DNA of 64,000 nt from assembly GCA_965222615.1 (NCBI GenBank), contig CBDCUI010000009.1, forward strand, positions 672,001 through 736,000, written 5' to 3'. A program made the translations under genes and the position numbers. The notes under the pieces are model-generated. The model made no database searches, was not told the origin of the DNA, and worked only from the letters and a program-made list of their open reading frames with translations. This DNA comes from Gammaproteobacteria bacterium. Lineage in GTDB: Bacteria > Pseudomonadota > Gammaproteobacteria > UBA4575. Below are positions 31,321-41,636 of the stretch, in pieces (positions within the stretch are counted from its first letter, which is position 1; every line of letters begins with the position of its first letter).

Positions 31321-32694
31321 ATGCCGAAGATAGATGCTCCACAATTAGGCCTTGAACTCGAAGAGCGACAGATCTATTCCGTCAGCCAATTAAACTCTCA
31401 AGTTAAACAATTACTACAAAATAACTTCACTTTGATTTGGATTGAAGGAGAAATTTCTAACTTTGCCAAGCCCGCCTCTGGGCATATGTATTTTTCATTA
31501 AAAGATGAACAAGCCCAGGTACGCTGCGCTATGTTTCGTAATGCGAATCGAAAACTTGCTTTCCAGCCTGAAGATGGTGCTCAAGTTTTAATCCGCGCGC
31601 GCGTTGGGCTCTATGAGCCACGCGGAGAATACCAGCTTACCGTAGAGCATATGGAAGAAGCGGGTGTTGGAATTTTGCAGCGTAAATTTGAAGCATTGAA
31701 ACAAAAACTTAGCCAAGAAGGGCTATTTAGCGAAGCACATAAACAAACTTTGCCTCCTTTCCCAAGCAAATTAAGCGTTGTAACTTCAGCATCTGGGGCA
31801 GCAATTCGAGATATTCTCAGCGTGCTGCAACGCCGTTACCCCATTTTAGCCATACAGATTTACGCCGTACCTGTACAGGGCGAAGAATCTGCCAGTGCAA
31901 TTGTGCATGCCATTAAATCCATTAATCAGCACAAAAATAGCGATGTGATTATTTTAGCGCGTGGCGGAGGGTCAATCGAAGACCTTTGGTCTTTTAATGA
32001 AGAAAGTGTCGCAAAAGCGATTTATGCATCGCGACTGCCAATCGTTACAGGTATTGGGCATGAGGTAGATTTTACCATTGCCGATTTTGTTGCCGACTTA
32101 CGCGCCGCAACCCCTTCAGCCGCTGCTGAGCTAATTGTTCCACACCAGGACGAACTGCTGGAGACCTTAGATCAATTGCAAAGATCATTACTATATATAG
32201 TTCAAGATCAGCTGATTACCAGGCAACAATCCATTGACTGGCTAGCGCAACGGCTAGAATTTTTACACCCCAAACAGATGCTAGAAAGAAGTACGGAACG
32301 CCTCATCGAGTTAAGAAGACGCGTACTCAGTGCCATCACACTGCATTTCTACAGCTATCACAACCTACTCAACAAATTATCGATACGACTCGAAAACCAA
32401 TCACCCAAATCTCGTCTAGCTGAGTCAAGAATCAAGCTCACGAGTTTGCATAAAGACCTGCGATATATGACAGAACAAGCCATAGATCAACGCAGGCAAC
32501 AGCTCATGACATTAACACGCACGTTGGAGGCGGTAAGCCCCCTAGGTACCCTGAATCGTGGCTATGCGATTGTTTCTAGTACAAAAAATGGCCAGATTAT
32601 CCATGATGCACGTCAAGTGACTGAAAATGAGAAGATCCTGATCCAGCTGGCCACCGGGCGCCTCAGCGCAAGAGTTGATAAGAAAGAGACATAA
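31321..32694 (+). CDS. xseA: Exodeoxyribonuclease VII large subunit
   Basis: GEISNF, SGHMYFSLKD, RGGGSIEDLWSFN, GIGHEVD, TPSAAAE. Confidence 0.97.
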   Translation: MPKIDAPQLGLELEERQIYSVSQLNSQVKQLLQNNFTLIWIEGEISNFAKPASGHMYFSLKDEQAQVRCAMFRNANRKLAFQPEDGAQVLIRARVGLYEPRGEYQLTVEHMEEAGVGILQRKFEALKQKLSQEGLFSEAHKQTLPPFPSKLSVVTSASGAAIRDILSVLQRRYPILAIQIYAVPVQGEESASAIVHAIKSINQHKNSDVIILARGGGSIEDLWSFNEESVAKAIYASRLPIVTGIGHEVDFTIADFVADLRAATPSAAAELIVPHQDELLETLDQLQRSLLYIVQDQLITRQQSIDWLAQRLEFLHPKQMLERSTERLIELRRRVLSAITLHFYSYHNLLNKLSIRLENQSPKSRLAESRIKLTSLHKDLRYMTEQAIDQRRQQLMTLTRTLEAVSPLGTLNRGYAIVSSTKNGQIIHDARQVTENEKILIQLATGRLSARVDKKET

Positions 32695-32781
32695 CCCCTC
32701 CATCGCCCAAGGCCATATGTTGCTTGCCAGATGCGGCGTTATCTGGTATCAAAGCGGGCCTCATTTTTAAGTGATAGCTCA

Positions 32782-33669
32782 ATGCCGGTAAAAAAATCCA
32801 CGACCAAGAGAAAAACTGCAACTAAAAAGAGAGTTGCGGCCAAGAAGAAAGTTGCTACTAAAAAAAGAGTAGTAACAAAAAAGAAAGCTGTACCTAAGAA
32901 AAAAGCAGCAGTTAAGAAAAAGGTTGCCAAAAAGAAAAAGGCCGCGCCTAAAAAACGTATAGCCACGAAAAAGAAGGCTGCTCCTAAGAAAAAAACAACG
33001 GCTAAGAAAAAAGCAGCGGTTAAGAAAAAAGTATCTAAGAAGAAAAAAGCCGCGCCTAAAAAACGTGTAGCCACAAAAAAGAAAGCGGCTCCTAAGAAAA
33101 AAACGGCAGTTAAAAAGAAGGCTACTCCTAAAAAAGCAAAGGTAGTAGAAAAAAAACCAACTAAAGCTGAATTGGCAGCTGAAAAAGCCAGATTAGAAAA
33201 AGAAGAAAAAAAGAAAAAACGTATCGAATTACTCAACAAACGTTCTGTTGTAGATTTACCTGTAGATGGCATTACTCCATACACAATGCATCGTGGCGAA
33301 AGTTATATGAGCCCCAAGCAACTTGAGCATTTTCGAAACATTTTATTACGTTGGAAACAAGACTTGCTTGATGAAGTTAGCCGTACGGTTGATCACATGA
33401 AAAAAGATGCCAGTAATTTTGCTGACCCTGCAGATCGTGCTACTCAAGAAGAAGAATTTAGTTTGGAGTTACGCACTCGTGACCGTGAAAGCAAACTAGT
33501 TCGTAAAATAAATCAAACTCTAGCGAGTATTGACTCAGATGAATATGGCTATTGTGAGTCATGTGGCATAGAAATAGGAATTAAAAGATTAGAAGCCCGA
33601 CCCACTGCAACATTGTGCATTGATTGTAAGACCTTACAGGAAATTAAAGAAAAACAAATTTTTTCATAG
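32782..33669 (+). CDS. dksA: RNA polymerase-binding protein DksA with a long Lys-rich histone-H1-like N-terminal extension
   Basis: DPADRATQEEE, Zn finger CESC...RLEARP...CIDC; KKKxxx repeats at the N-terminus. Start chosen at MPVKK (the ORF extends to 32731). Confidence 0.93.
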   Translation: MPVKKSTTKRKTATKKRVAAKKKVATKKRVVTKKKAVPKKKAAVKKKVAKKKKAAPKKRIATKKKAAPKKKTTAKKKAAVKKKVSKKKKAAPKKRVATKKKAAPKKKTAVKKKATPKKAKVVEKKPTKAELAAEKARLEKEEKKKKRIELLNKRSVVDLPVDGITPYTMHRGESYMSPKQLEHFRNILLRWKQDLLDEVSRTVDHMKKDASNFADPADRATQEEEFSLELRTRDRESKLVRKINQTLASIDSDEYGYCESCGIEIGIKRLEARPTATLCIDCKTLQEIKEKQIFS

Positions 33670-33704
33670 CTCTTTGCACCATAACACTCATGCCATTTTG
33701 AACT

Positions 33705-34637
33705 ATGAGTGCACATACTAATAATAGTTCTAATTACCCAGCTTATATCGGTCGTTTCGCGCCCTCACCCACTGGCCCTTTGCACTATGGCTCGCTCCTA
33801 GCAGCCGTAGCTAGCTATCTTCAAGCCAAAAAGAACAGTGGTCAATGGTTAATCCGCATCGAAGATATAGACCCTCCACGTGAAGTGCTCGGTGCAACAG
33901 ATAATATCTTACGGACTTTAGAGCTCTATCAATTTGAATGGGACCAACGGCCACTATATCAATCTACACGCCCAGACGCTTATCATGAAAAACTTAATAA
34001 ATTAAAAGAGAAAAGCTTGCTATATGCTTGTTCTTGCTCGCGTAAACAAATTGGAGAATTCGCAAAAGATTCTGTTTTAGGTAAACGCTATCCCGGTACT
34101 TGTAGCAATAAAACGTTAGATGTAGACCCATTAAATTATAATTTAAGATTGCGCACTTCGAACCAAACTATTCATTTTATTGATGCAGTATATGGACAAC
34201 AGACCGCAACAATTTTTAAAGATATTGGTGATTTTGTAATTTATCGAAAGAATGACTTACCCACGTATGCACTTGCTGCCAGCGTTGATGATGCCTATCA
34301 AGGTATAACCGAAGTTGTGCGCGGCCATGATTTACTTGCATTTACCCCACTACAAATCTACCTGTGCAAAATATTGCAATTACCCATACCAAAATTTCTT
34401 CACATTCCAATCGTAATTGATGAAAACGGATGCAAACTAAGCAAACAATCAAACGCAGATGCTTTATCTAAAAACAACTGTACTAGTATGTTACTAAAAG
34501 CATTGAATGACTTAGGCCAGAAGACTCCTAAAATTCTTGATGATGAGAATTTAGAACAAATATGGAACTGGGCAATACAACATTGGGATATTACCAAGAT
34601 CCCTCGCTCAAAAACTCTAACACTTAATGATATTTAA
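33705..34637 (+). CDS. gluQ: Glutamyl-Q tRNA(Asp) synthetase
   Basis: GRFAPSPTGPLHYGS, RIEDID, KLSK; no anticodon-binding domain; follows dksA. Confidence 0.93.
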   Translation: MSAHTNNSSNYPAYIGRFAPSPTGPLHYGSLLAAVASYLQAKKNSGQWLIRIEDIDPPREVLGATDNILRTLELYQFEWDQRPLYQSTRPDAYHEKLNKLKEKSLLYACSCSRKQIGEFAKDSVLGKRYPGTCSNKTLDVDPLNYNLRLRTSNQTIHFIDAVYGQQTATIFKDIGDFVIYRKNDLPTYALAASVDDAYQGITEVVRGHDLLAFTPLQIYLCKILQLPIPKFLHIPIVIDENGCKLSKQSNADALSKNNCTSMLLKALNDLGQKTPKILDDENLEQIWNWAIQHWDITKIPRSKTLTLNDI

Positions 34638-34652
34638 TTAAGTGCACTCAAT

Positions 34653-34680
34653 AAAACGGCCGTACTGAGACGGCCGTTTT
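34653..34680. terminator. Bidirectional intrinsic terminator
   Basis: aaaacggccgt-actgag-acggccgtttt between convergent genes. Confidence 0.85.
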
Positions 34681-34710
34681 CTGTACTAGTTATTAGAAGT
34701 AAGCTAATGT

Positions 34711-34935
34711 TTATTCGCCATCCCCAGCCTTACTCTTATCCCACTCCCATGGCTCTTCTTTGGCAATCGTAAAAAAGATCCAAAAGTTGCCAATCAGCAT
34801 AATGACAAATAACACCGCTGCACCCAGCGCCCAAAGTGGCTCACGAAAATGCTCATCAAAATTCACAAAATTGATAATGGCAAAAATCGCAATGGTCCAA
34901 AGTACCATTACGGCTAAAGCTTGAAGTGTGCGCAT
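34711..34935 (-). CDS. Small two-TM membrane protein
   Basis: Strong SD (aggagg), two hydrophobic helices, last gene of the monooxygenase cluster. Confidence 0.75.
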   Translation of the reverse strand: MRTLQALAVMVLWTIAIFAIINFVNFDEHFREPLWALGAAVLFVIMLIGNFWIFFTIAKEEPWEWDKSKAGDGE

Positions 34936-34967
34936 ATACGCCTCCTATACTTTCTAATATCTATTCT

Positions 34968-36059
34968 TTACTTTCGCCCACCGGGCATCGAACTCGCGTC
35001 TAAGAATTTATCAAAGAAGATATCATCCTTGTTCATGCCTTGATCTACCATAACTTCTATAGCTGCATCAATCATGGGCGGAGGACCACATAGATAACCC
35101 TGTGCCTCGCCTAGGGCTAGTTTACCAGTATCTACGTAAGCTGACTTCAAATAATCGGTTACCAGGCCGGTAGCCCCTTTCCAATCACTGCCTTCCGGTT
35201 CCATGTTCAGTACAGGCACAAACTCAAAGGAGTGATTCTGATTCCATTTTGAGCCAATTTCAGCCATTTCCTCTAAACAATACAAATCGTCTTGGGTACG
35301 CGCACCAAACAAAAACAAACAATCTCGCGTAACTTGGTCATTTACAGCCGATTCTAAAATCGCCTTAATTGAGCTCACTCCACTACCCCCTGCAATACAT
35401 ACTATATGCGATGCATCAGGACGTAACCAAAAATGTCCAAATGGCCCTGAGACAGTTACCTTTTCGCCAGTGCGATCTTCTGCAAATAACCATTCTGTAA
35501 ATTCGCCGCCAGGCACCAAACGTACAAAAAATGTCATCTCATCTTTGGCTTCATTTTCAGGTGCTTTAGCAAAGGAATAAGAACGTGGAGCACTTAGACC
35601 ATCGATACTTATCTCAGCATATTGACCAGCGACGCCACTACGTTCTGGCAAAGAATATTCTGACTTTATGACGATCTCTTTAATGTCGTGAGTTAAGTCG
35701 TTAATCCGTGTAAATGTGCCTTCAAAAGAAACAACTTGATGTGCATGCTCAGAATCTTCTAACTCAACTTCAACTTCTACATCGCTTTTTAGGGCGGTCT
35801 GGCATGCTAAGATCATTCCATCCTTAAGCTGGTCTGGATCTAGTACATAGGAAAAATCGGTTAACGCCTTGATCTTGCCATCCTTAAGCTTACATTTACA
35901 AGTTGCACAGCTACCTACTCGGCAATCATGTGGCCAAGGTATGCCAAGTTCTAAAGCAGCATTTAAGAGATTATCACCAGCCTTTACGGTGACTTTATGT
36001 TCGCCAGTATTAATACTGGCCTGCCAGTCTTTTTTACTACTACCAAATAATCCAAACAT
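34968..36059 (-). CDS. 2Fe-2S ferredoxin-NAD(P)H reductase (XylA-like monooxygenase electron-transfer component)
   Basis: CRVGSCATC...LACQ 2Fe-2S motif, RSYS FAD motif, AGGSG, YLCGPPPMI, FFDKF. Confidence 0.92.
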   Translation of the reverse strand: MFGLFGSSKKDWQASINTGEHKVTVKAGDNLLNAALELGIPWPHDCRVGSCATCKCKLKDGKIKALTDFSYVLDPDQLKDGMILACQTALKSDVEVEVELEDSEHAHQVVSFEGTFTRINDLTHDIKEIVIKSEYSLPERSGVAGQYAEISIDGLSAPRSYSFAKAPENEAKDEMTFFVRLVPGGEFTEWLFAEDRTGEKVTVSGPFGHFWLRPDASHIVCIAGGSGVSSIKAILESAVNDQVTRDCLFLFGARTQDDLYCLEEMAEIGSKWNQNHSFEFVPVLNMEPEGSDWKGATGLVTDYLKSAYVDTGKLALGEAQGYLCGPPPMIDAAIEVMVDQGMNKDDIFFDKFLDASSMPGGRK

Positions 36060-36132
36060 AAAAATTAGTACCCACTGGCATCCACTCCAGTGAAAGAACG
36101 TTTAGCTATAAGTTTTAAGAGCTACAGCTCTA

Positions 36133-36786
36133 CTAGGCGTTTATTGCAATGCCTCGTAAAGTCCCTGACTTAACATCCTCAGCTGTTGGTAGACACTCAA
36201 ATGGATTGAGCTTTTCTTTACTTGTTGATGGATGTGCCTTCACCTTATTGTACCAACTATTCACTCCCTGGCGCGAACTGATTAAATCTCCTGCTCCAAG
36301 TATTTCGATACAATTGCAACAAGCAGACCAATGAATATCTGCCAGAGAAAATTCACCGCAAATGAAATCACCTTTCTTAGGTGGATTTTGAACTTGCTGT
36401 TCAAATCCATCAAGAAGTGTGGCTAAAGCTGATTTATCGATATTTTCTCCAAGCAATAGCTGAACTTTTTCAGTCGCAATACCTGCCCACTGATACATTA
36501 CTGCACGAATTACACCATTTCGTGGAACAAGTGAAGGTCCAAATCCCTTGTCATCAAGATAAGACATTACTGCACCTGTTCCATACACCACAAAATCTGT
36601 ATCTTGAAGTACTGGCGCAATACCATAAGGAGACTTTGATAAAAACTCGCTATCATCCTCACCGCTGATGATCTTAGTCTCCATATCTATGCCTTTTTCA
36701 CCTGCTGTTTGCAAACATTTACCTGTGTTTGGACAAGCTGGGTGTCCACTTAATATCATTTTTGTTCTTAGTTGATCTCCAATCAT
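36133..36786 (-). CDS. Glutathione S-transferase-like protein
   Basis: SPYGIAPVLQD, YLDD, FICGEFSLADI GST motifs; N-terminal CPxxxxC. Confidence 0.78.
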   Translation of the reverse strand: MIGDQLRTKMILSGHPACPNTGKCLQTAGEKGIDMETKIISGEDDSEFLSKSPYGIAPVLQDTDFVVYGTGAVMSYLDDKGFGPSLVPRNGVIRAVMYQWAGIATEKVQLLLGENIDKSALATLLDGFEQQVQNPPKKGDFICGEFSLADIHWSACCNCIEILGAGDLISSRQGVNSWYNKVKAHPSTSKEKLNPFECLPTAEDVKSGTLRGIAINA

Positions 36787-36924
36787 ATCTCCCCCTAACT
36801 GACAAGTCTCATTAGGCTAGTTGTAAAATTTAAAAATTATTACCAAAGACAATCTCAAACTAGATTTTCTCAGCACTTAATATCAAAAAGCAATTTAGTT
36901 ATTTTGATACGTAATTAAATTTAG

Positions 36925-37104
36925 TTAGTCTTGGATTTTCAAAGCTCCAGAGGGGCATTTAGAAACTGTTTCACGAATTTCAGCTTCAGGTGCAGCATCC
37001 GTGTCAATTACAAATTGACCATCTTCTACCTTAAATACACTGGGCGAACCTTTTACACACTCGCCAGCGTGGCTACAAACATCGGCATCGTATGTTACTT
37101 TCAT
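36925..37104 (-). CDS. Small Fe-S protein, YjdI / divergent 4Fe-4S mono-cluster type (59 aa, not in the ORF track)
   Basis: Own translation MKVTYDADVCSHAGECVKGSPSVFKVEDGQFVIDTDAAPEAEIRETVSKCPSGALKIQD; CxHxGxC...CPSGAL; SD agaggag. Confidence 0.85.
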   Translation of the reverse strand: MKVTYDADVCSHAGECVKGSPSVFKVEDGQFVIDTDAAPEAEIRETVSKCPSGALKIQD

Positions 37105-37215
37105 TCTTCTGACTCCTCTTTTTGTGTTGTCATTATCTTATTTTTTAATGCTCAGTTCACTGATTTAGATTACTATATTGCCGCTTTTTTACAATTTTTT
37201 ATAGATGTTTTTGAC

Positions 37216-37256
37216 AAAAAAAGCCCCTATTCTCGGCATCTGCAGAGAATAAGGGC
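37216..37256 (-). terminator. Intrinsic terminator after the monooxygenase gene
   Basis: On the minus strand: gcccttattctc-loop-gagaataggggc followed by T7. Confidence 0.8.
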
Positions 37257-37282
37257 GGTAGGGGGTTGGCTTCGCTAGGGGG

Positions 37283-38425
37283 CTATGCGTAGCCTGCTTG
37301 TTGATTCATCTTCGCTGCGATCTTTAACTCGCCTTCACTCGCCATCTCGTCATCCCACTTTGCCAGCTGTTGCTTCATGTAGCTGTGAAATACCGGTGGT
37401 AATAGGCCTAAGGCAAATAAGGTGAAGTACCCGCGCCCACAATTCGGCGCCCCCACTTCATCCAGCTCCCAAAAATGCGTCTCGCCGCGATCATGATGGT
37501 CGGCTTGCCGGCCGATCTCGATGAAAAACCAGCTGGTAAACGCTGTGCTGTTGTCCCAGCTATGCCGATAGTCGATCGGTTGCCCTTTCTCGCGGATCAA
37601 CCCATAGTGCTCTAAATAGTTCAGCACTTCCAGCTCGAAGTTGGAGATGATCCACACCCCCGCTAAACACAGCATGCCGATCCATCCCCCAACAAACCAA
37701 AACAAAAATAGCGTCGGTAGCGCCATGAAGTACCCCCGTATCCAGCGGTTTTGCCAGCTTAAAAATGGTGCGCCTAAGCGCTCCAGGCGTTGCTTTTCCA
37801 TCATGAATAGAAATTTGCTTTGCCCTAACCCACAGATCGGGTAGTGCGCATACATGCTGCGCCCGCGCGGGGCCGTCGCCGGGTCGTCTTGATGCCCCAA
37901 CTCTAGATGGTGGTTGTACACATGTGCATAGCAAAAGTGTGCCTTGCCACTTAAGGCCATCATCCAGCGTGAAATCACGAAGCTAAAGCCTTTGGTGTGC
38001 GCCAGCTCGTGCCCATAGATGATGCCGATACCGGCAAAGATCCCGGTCGAGTACACCGCGCCGGCCAGTTGTGTGCCGGTGATCCCGTCTTGCACCGTTA
38101 ACCCTAAAATCTCCGTGGTGCCGATCGGCACGCCATTTACGTATTGCCAGATCCGCCACGCCAACGCCACTTGTAAGCAGATGAATACGCCTAGCATCCC
38201 GTACATGGTCCCGTTTAATAACGGCACTACGCCGTAGGTGTCGCCTTCGTCATCGACCCCCGCGCCCGGCGTCTGTGCGGTCGTTAACGTATCGACGATG
38301 ATCCCGACCCCGAGCAATACCACGCCGGTCCATACCCACGGCCCGCCCGCTAATACCCCAAACATCGCGCATAAGATTAATAACGGCGCTAAAAAATAGC
38401 GGATGTTGATTATGAATTTCTTCAT
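37283..38425 (-). CDS. Membrane non-heme diiron monooxygenase (AlkB/XylM family)
   Basis: His boxes HELAH, AHVYNHH, NYLEHYG, RQADHH; TM helices. Start at MKKF after SD ggagg. Confidence 0.9.
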   Translation of the reverse strand: MKKFIINIRYFLAPLLILCAMFGVLAGGPWVWTGVVLLGVGIIVDTLTTAQTPGAGVDDEGDTYGVVPLLNGTMYGMLGVFICLQVALAWRIWQYVNGVPIGTTEILGLTVQDGITGTQLAGAVYSTGIFAGIGIIYGHELAHTKGFSFVISRWMMALSGKAHFCYAHVYNHHLELGHQDDPATAPRGRSMYAHYPICGLGQSKFLFMMEKQRLERLGAPFLSWQNRWIRGYFMALPTLFLFWFVGGWIGMLCLAGVWIISNFELEVLNYLEHYGLIREKGQPIDYRHSWDNSTAFTSWFFIEIGRQADHHDRGETHFWELDEVGAPNCGRGYFTLFALGLLPPVFHSYMKQQLAKWDDEMASEGELKIAAKMNQQAGYA

Positions 38426-38686
38426 CTTGGCCTCCATCAGTAAATGAAGAGAAAGATTGTGTGCCTTATTTGGTTACATAAGGCGATTATGAGAAGTCTC
38501 GATCAAGAGGGCAGACATACGCTTGCATCTTGATTAATAAGGAAATTATATCACTCGGAAGTACATAAATTGTAGTATGTATTTCGTAATATAGGGTTCG
38601 TTTACAGAACAAACTAACCCACTGATCCCCCATTGAACTGCGTTATTGTAGTTAGAAGCTTCGTCTTGCCTCAGCAAGGTTAGAAG

Positions 38687-39088
38687 CTAAGATGTTTCTT
38701 TAGAATCAAAATCTAAACATATGGAATTAATACAATATCTTAAATTTGTTGGAGCGGGACCATCTTCAAATACATGCCCTAAATGGGCTCCACATTGGCT
38801 ACATAATACTTCTGTACGGTGCATGCCTAAACTTTGGTCGGACTTCGTCGAAACACACTCTTGATTTGCTGGTTGCCAAAAGCTTGGCCACCCCGTACCG
38901 GAATCAAATTTATGCCGAGAATCAAACAAGGTAGCCTGACAACAAACACAGCGATAGAGCCCATGCTCTTTATGGTTGTAGTATTTACCACTGAACGCAG
39001 GCTCAGTACCCTTTTGCCTGCAAACATGAAATTGCTCCGGCGTTAATTGTTTACGCCACTCTTCGTCAGATTTTTTTATTTTTGTCAA
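38687..39088 (-). CDS. msrB: Peptide-methionine (R)-S-oxide reductase
   Basis: GTEPAF, KFDSGTGWPSF, HLGHVF, RYCINS. Confidence 0.96.
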   Translation of the reverse strand: MTKIKKSDEEWRKQLTPEQFHVCRQKGTEPAFSGKYYNHKEHGLYRCVCCQATLFDSRHKFDSGTGWPSFWQPANQECVSTKSDQSLGMHRTEVLCSQCGAHLGHVFEDGPAPTNLRYCINSICLDFDSKETS

Positions 39089-39126
39089 TTAGTTAGTTAA
39101 ATAGCCTAAAGTCAAATATTAGAAAG

Positions 39127-41211
39127 CTATGCACTTTCAACTGCTTTCATACTAAGTCGTATTCGACCCTGCTTATCGATTTCTAATACTTTGACTTTGA
39201 TAACGTCACCCTCTGAGAGCTCATCAGTAACATTTTCAACGCGCTCATGTGAAATTTGTGAGATATGAACCAGACCATCTTTCCCAGGCAGTACACTTAC
39301 AAAGGCACCAAAATCCATGATTTTCACGACCTTACCTTCATAGGTTTTACCAACTTCTACATCCGCAGTGATTGCCTCAATACGTCTTTTCGCATCATCA
39401 CCCGCCGCCTTATCCACCGACGCAATACGTACTACGCCTTCATCATCAATATCGATGGTAGTACCGGTTTCTTCTGTCAATGAGCGTATGGTGGCGCCTC
39501 CTTTCCCTATGACATCACGTATTTTGTCTGGATTAATTTTTAACACCGTAAATCTAGGCGCGTACTCAGACATCTCTTCACGTGGGCTGGCAATGGCCTC
39601 TTGCATCTTATCTAGTATATGCAGACGCCCTTCGCGAGCTTGCTGTAAAGCAATATCCATAATTTCTTCGGTAATGCCTTCGATCTTGATATCCATTTGT
39701 AATGCAGTAACCCCATTTCGTGTCCCCGCCACTTTGAAATCCATATCGCCCAAATGATCTTCGTCGCCAAGAATGTCGGTAAGCACGGCAAAATCTTCCC
39801 CTTCTTTTATTAGCCCCATGGCAATGCCTGCCACCGGTGCTTTCGTGGGTACACCCGCATCCATTAAGGATAAACTCGTACCACAAACACTGGCCATCGA
39901 ACTTGAACCATTCGATTCTGTAATTTCAGAAACTACACGGATCACATAGGGAAATTCTTCCTCACTGGGGACCACTGCCTGAATACCACGCTTGGCAAGT
40001 TTTCCATGTCCAATTTCACGTCGTTTTGGAGAACCTACAAAACCTGTTTCGCCTACACAGAATGGAGGAAAGTTGTAATGCAACATAAAATGATCTTTAA
40101 ATTCTCCTTCAATTGCATCAATAATCTGCGCATCTCTTCCAGTCCCCAGCGTTGTGATCACCAAGGCTTGGGTTTCACCACGGGTAAATAAGGCACTGCC
40201 ATGGGTTCGCGGCAATACACCCGTGCGAATTGTTATTGGCCGCACCATGGTCTTGTCTCGACCATCTATACGCTTTTCACCGGATAATATTCGACCCCGT
40301 ACAATTTTCTTCTCAAGTTTTTTGAAAGCACCTTGTACTTCCGCCTCACTTGGTCCTTCTTCATCATTTACTATGGCCTCAAGTAAACTAGTTCGAATCT
40401 CACCAACTTTGTCTTGGCGTTCTAACTTTTCTGCAATTTGATAGGCTTCGCCCAATTGTTGACTACATTGTGCATTAACATTATCAGCCAATGTCTCATC
40501 GGCCTCAGGGGCTTGCCAATCCCATGCTTCACAATTCACTTCAGCAGCAAATTCTTTGATTGTGTTGATAGCCGATTGAAGCTGCTCATGGCCAAACATC
40601 ACTGCACCCAGCATGACTTCTTCAGGCAGTACGTCTGCCTCAGACTCAACCATCAATACAGCACTTTGCGTTCCGGCAACCACTAGATCAAGTGCAGAAT
40701 TTTTCAACTGTGAATTACTTGGATTGAGAACATATTGATTATTAATATAGCCAACACGTGCAGCACCCATTGGCCCATTAAATGGAATACCAGACACCGC
40801 CAAGGCTGCCGAAGCACCAAGCATGGCAGGAATATCCGGATCAATATCAGTATTCATTGAAACAACGGTAGCAATTACTTGTACTTCATTGGTAAAGTCT
40901 TTCGGAAACATTGGCCTTAAAGGTCGATCAATCAGGCGGCATGTCAGTGTTTCTTTTTCGCTTGGTCGACCTTCACGTTTAAAAAATCCGCCAGGAATTT
41001 TGCCCGCGGCATAGGTTTTTTCTTGGTAGTTGACAGTTAGCGGAAAAAAATCACGACCCGGCTCGGATTCTTTACTTCCTACAACAGTTACCAAAACTGT
41101 GGTTCCTGCCATATCAACCATCACCGCACCATCTGCTTGGCGTGCAATTTCACCGGTTTCCAAAGTGACTTGGTGCTCTCCATATGAGAACGATTTTGTT
41201 ACTTTACTCAC
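39127..41211 (-). CDS. pnp: Polyribonucleotide nucleotidyltransferase
   Basis: [28 protein letters not shown] and S1 domains. Confidence 0.98.
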   Translation of the reverse strand: MSKVTKSFSYGEHQVTLETGEIARQADGAVMVDMAGTTVLVTVVGSKESEPGRDFFPLTVNYQEKTYAAGKIPGGFFKREGRPSEKETLTCRLIDRPLRPMFPKDFTNEVQVIATVVSMNTDIDPDIPAMLGASAALAVSGIPFNGPMGAARVGYINNQYVLNPSNSQLKNSALDLVVAGTQSAVLMVESEADVLPEEVMLGAVMFGHEQLQSAINTIKEFAAEVNCEAWDWQAPEADETLADNVNAQCSQQLGEAYQIAEKLERQDKVGEIRTSLLEAIVNDEEGPSEAEVQGAFKKLEKKIVRGRILSGEKRIDGRDKTMVRPITIRTGVLPRTHGSALFTRGETQALVITTLGTGRDAQIIDAIEGEFKDHFMLHYNFPPFCVGETGFVGSPKRREIGHGKLAKRGIQAVVPSEEEFPYVIRVVSEITESNGSSSMASVCGTSLSLMDAGVPTKAPVAGIAMGLIKEGEDFAVLTDILGDEDHLGDMDFKVAGTRNGVTALQMDIKIEGITEEIMDIALQQAREGRLHILDKMQEAIASPREEMSEYAPRFTVLKINPDKIRDVIGKGGATIRSLTEETGTTIDIDDEGVVRIASVDKAAGDDAKRRIEAITADVEVGKTYEGKVVKIMDFGAFVSVLPGKDGLVHISQISHERVENVTDELSEGDVIKVKVLEIDKQGRIRLSMKAVESA

Positions 41212-41366
41212 TGCTAGTTTCCATTTATTGATTAATCTATTTGTTAATTAAATTCATATTCATAACAAGCTTGTTTAGCCGCACAAATATGTATGAAGAT
41301 AACTTTGAATTTCTTGCTATTACTTACCAACACTAATTAACATCTCTCAATGAGAGATTTTTTAAA

Positions 41367-41636
41367 TTAGCGTCTCAATCCAAGTGAACCAATAAGATCT
41401 TGGTATCTTTTTTGATCTTTTGATCGTAAGTAATCAAGAAGTTTGCGTCGGTGATTGACCATCCTAAGAAGCCCATGACGCGAGTGGTGATCTTTTTTAT
41501 GTGTTTCGAAGTGCCCGCTGAGGTGATTAATACGTGCGGACAACAATGCCACCTGCACTTCGGGAGAACCGGTATCGGTATCGTCTCGTCGATATTTCTG
41601 AATTATCTCTGCCTTCTCTACTGCTGTAATTGCCAT
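41367..41636 (-). CDS. rpsO: 30S ribosomal protein S15
   Basis: [25 protein letters not shown]. Confidence 0.98.
   Translation of the reverse strand: MAITAVEKAEIIQKYRRDDTDTGSPEVQVALLSARINHLSGHFETHKKDHHSRHGLLRMVNHRRKLLDYLRSKDQKRYQDLIGSLGLRR

Noticed and set aside
32739-33284. 181-aa Phe/Leu/Ala-rich minus-strand ORF that looks like a membrane protein
   Set aside because: It is the antisense shadow of the Lys-rich dksA repeats (AAA read as TTT).
36931-37278. 115-aa plus-strand ORF in the track
   Set aside because: It overlaps the real minus-strand 59-aa Fe-S gene and a terminator, and has no recognisable motifs.
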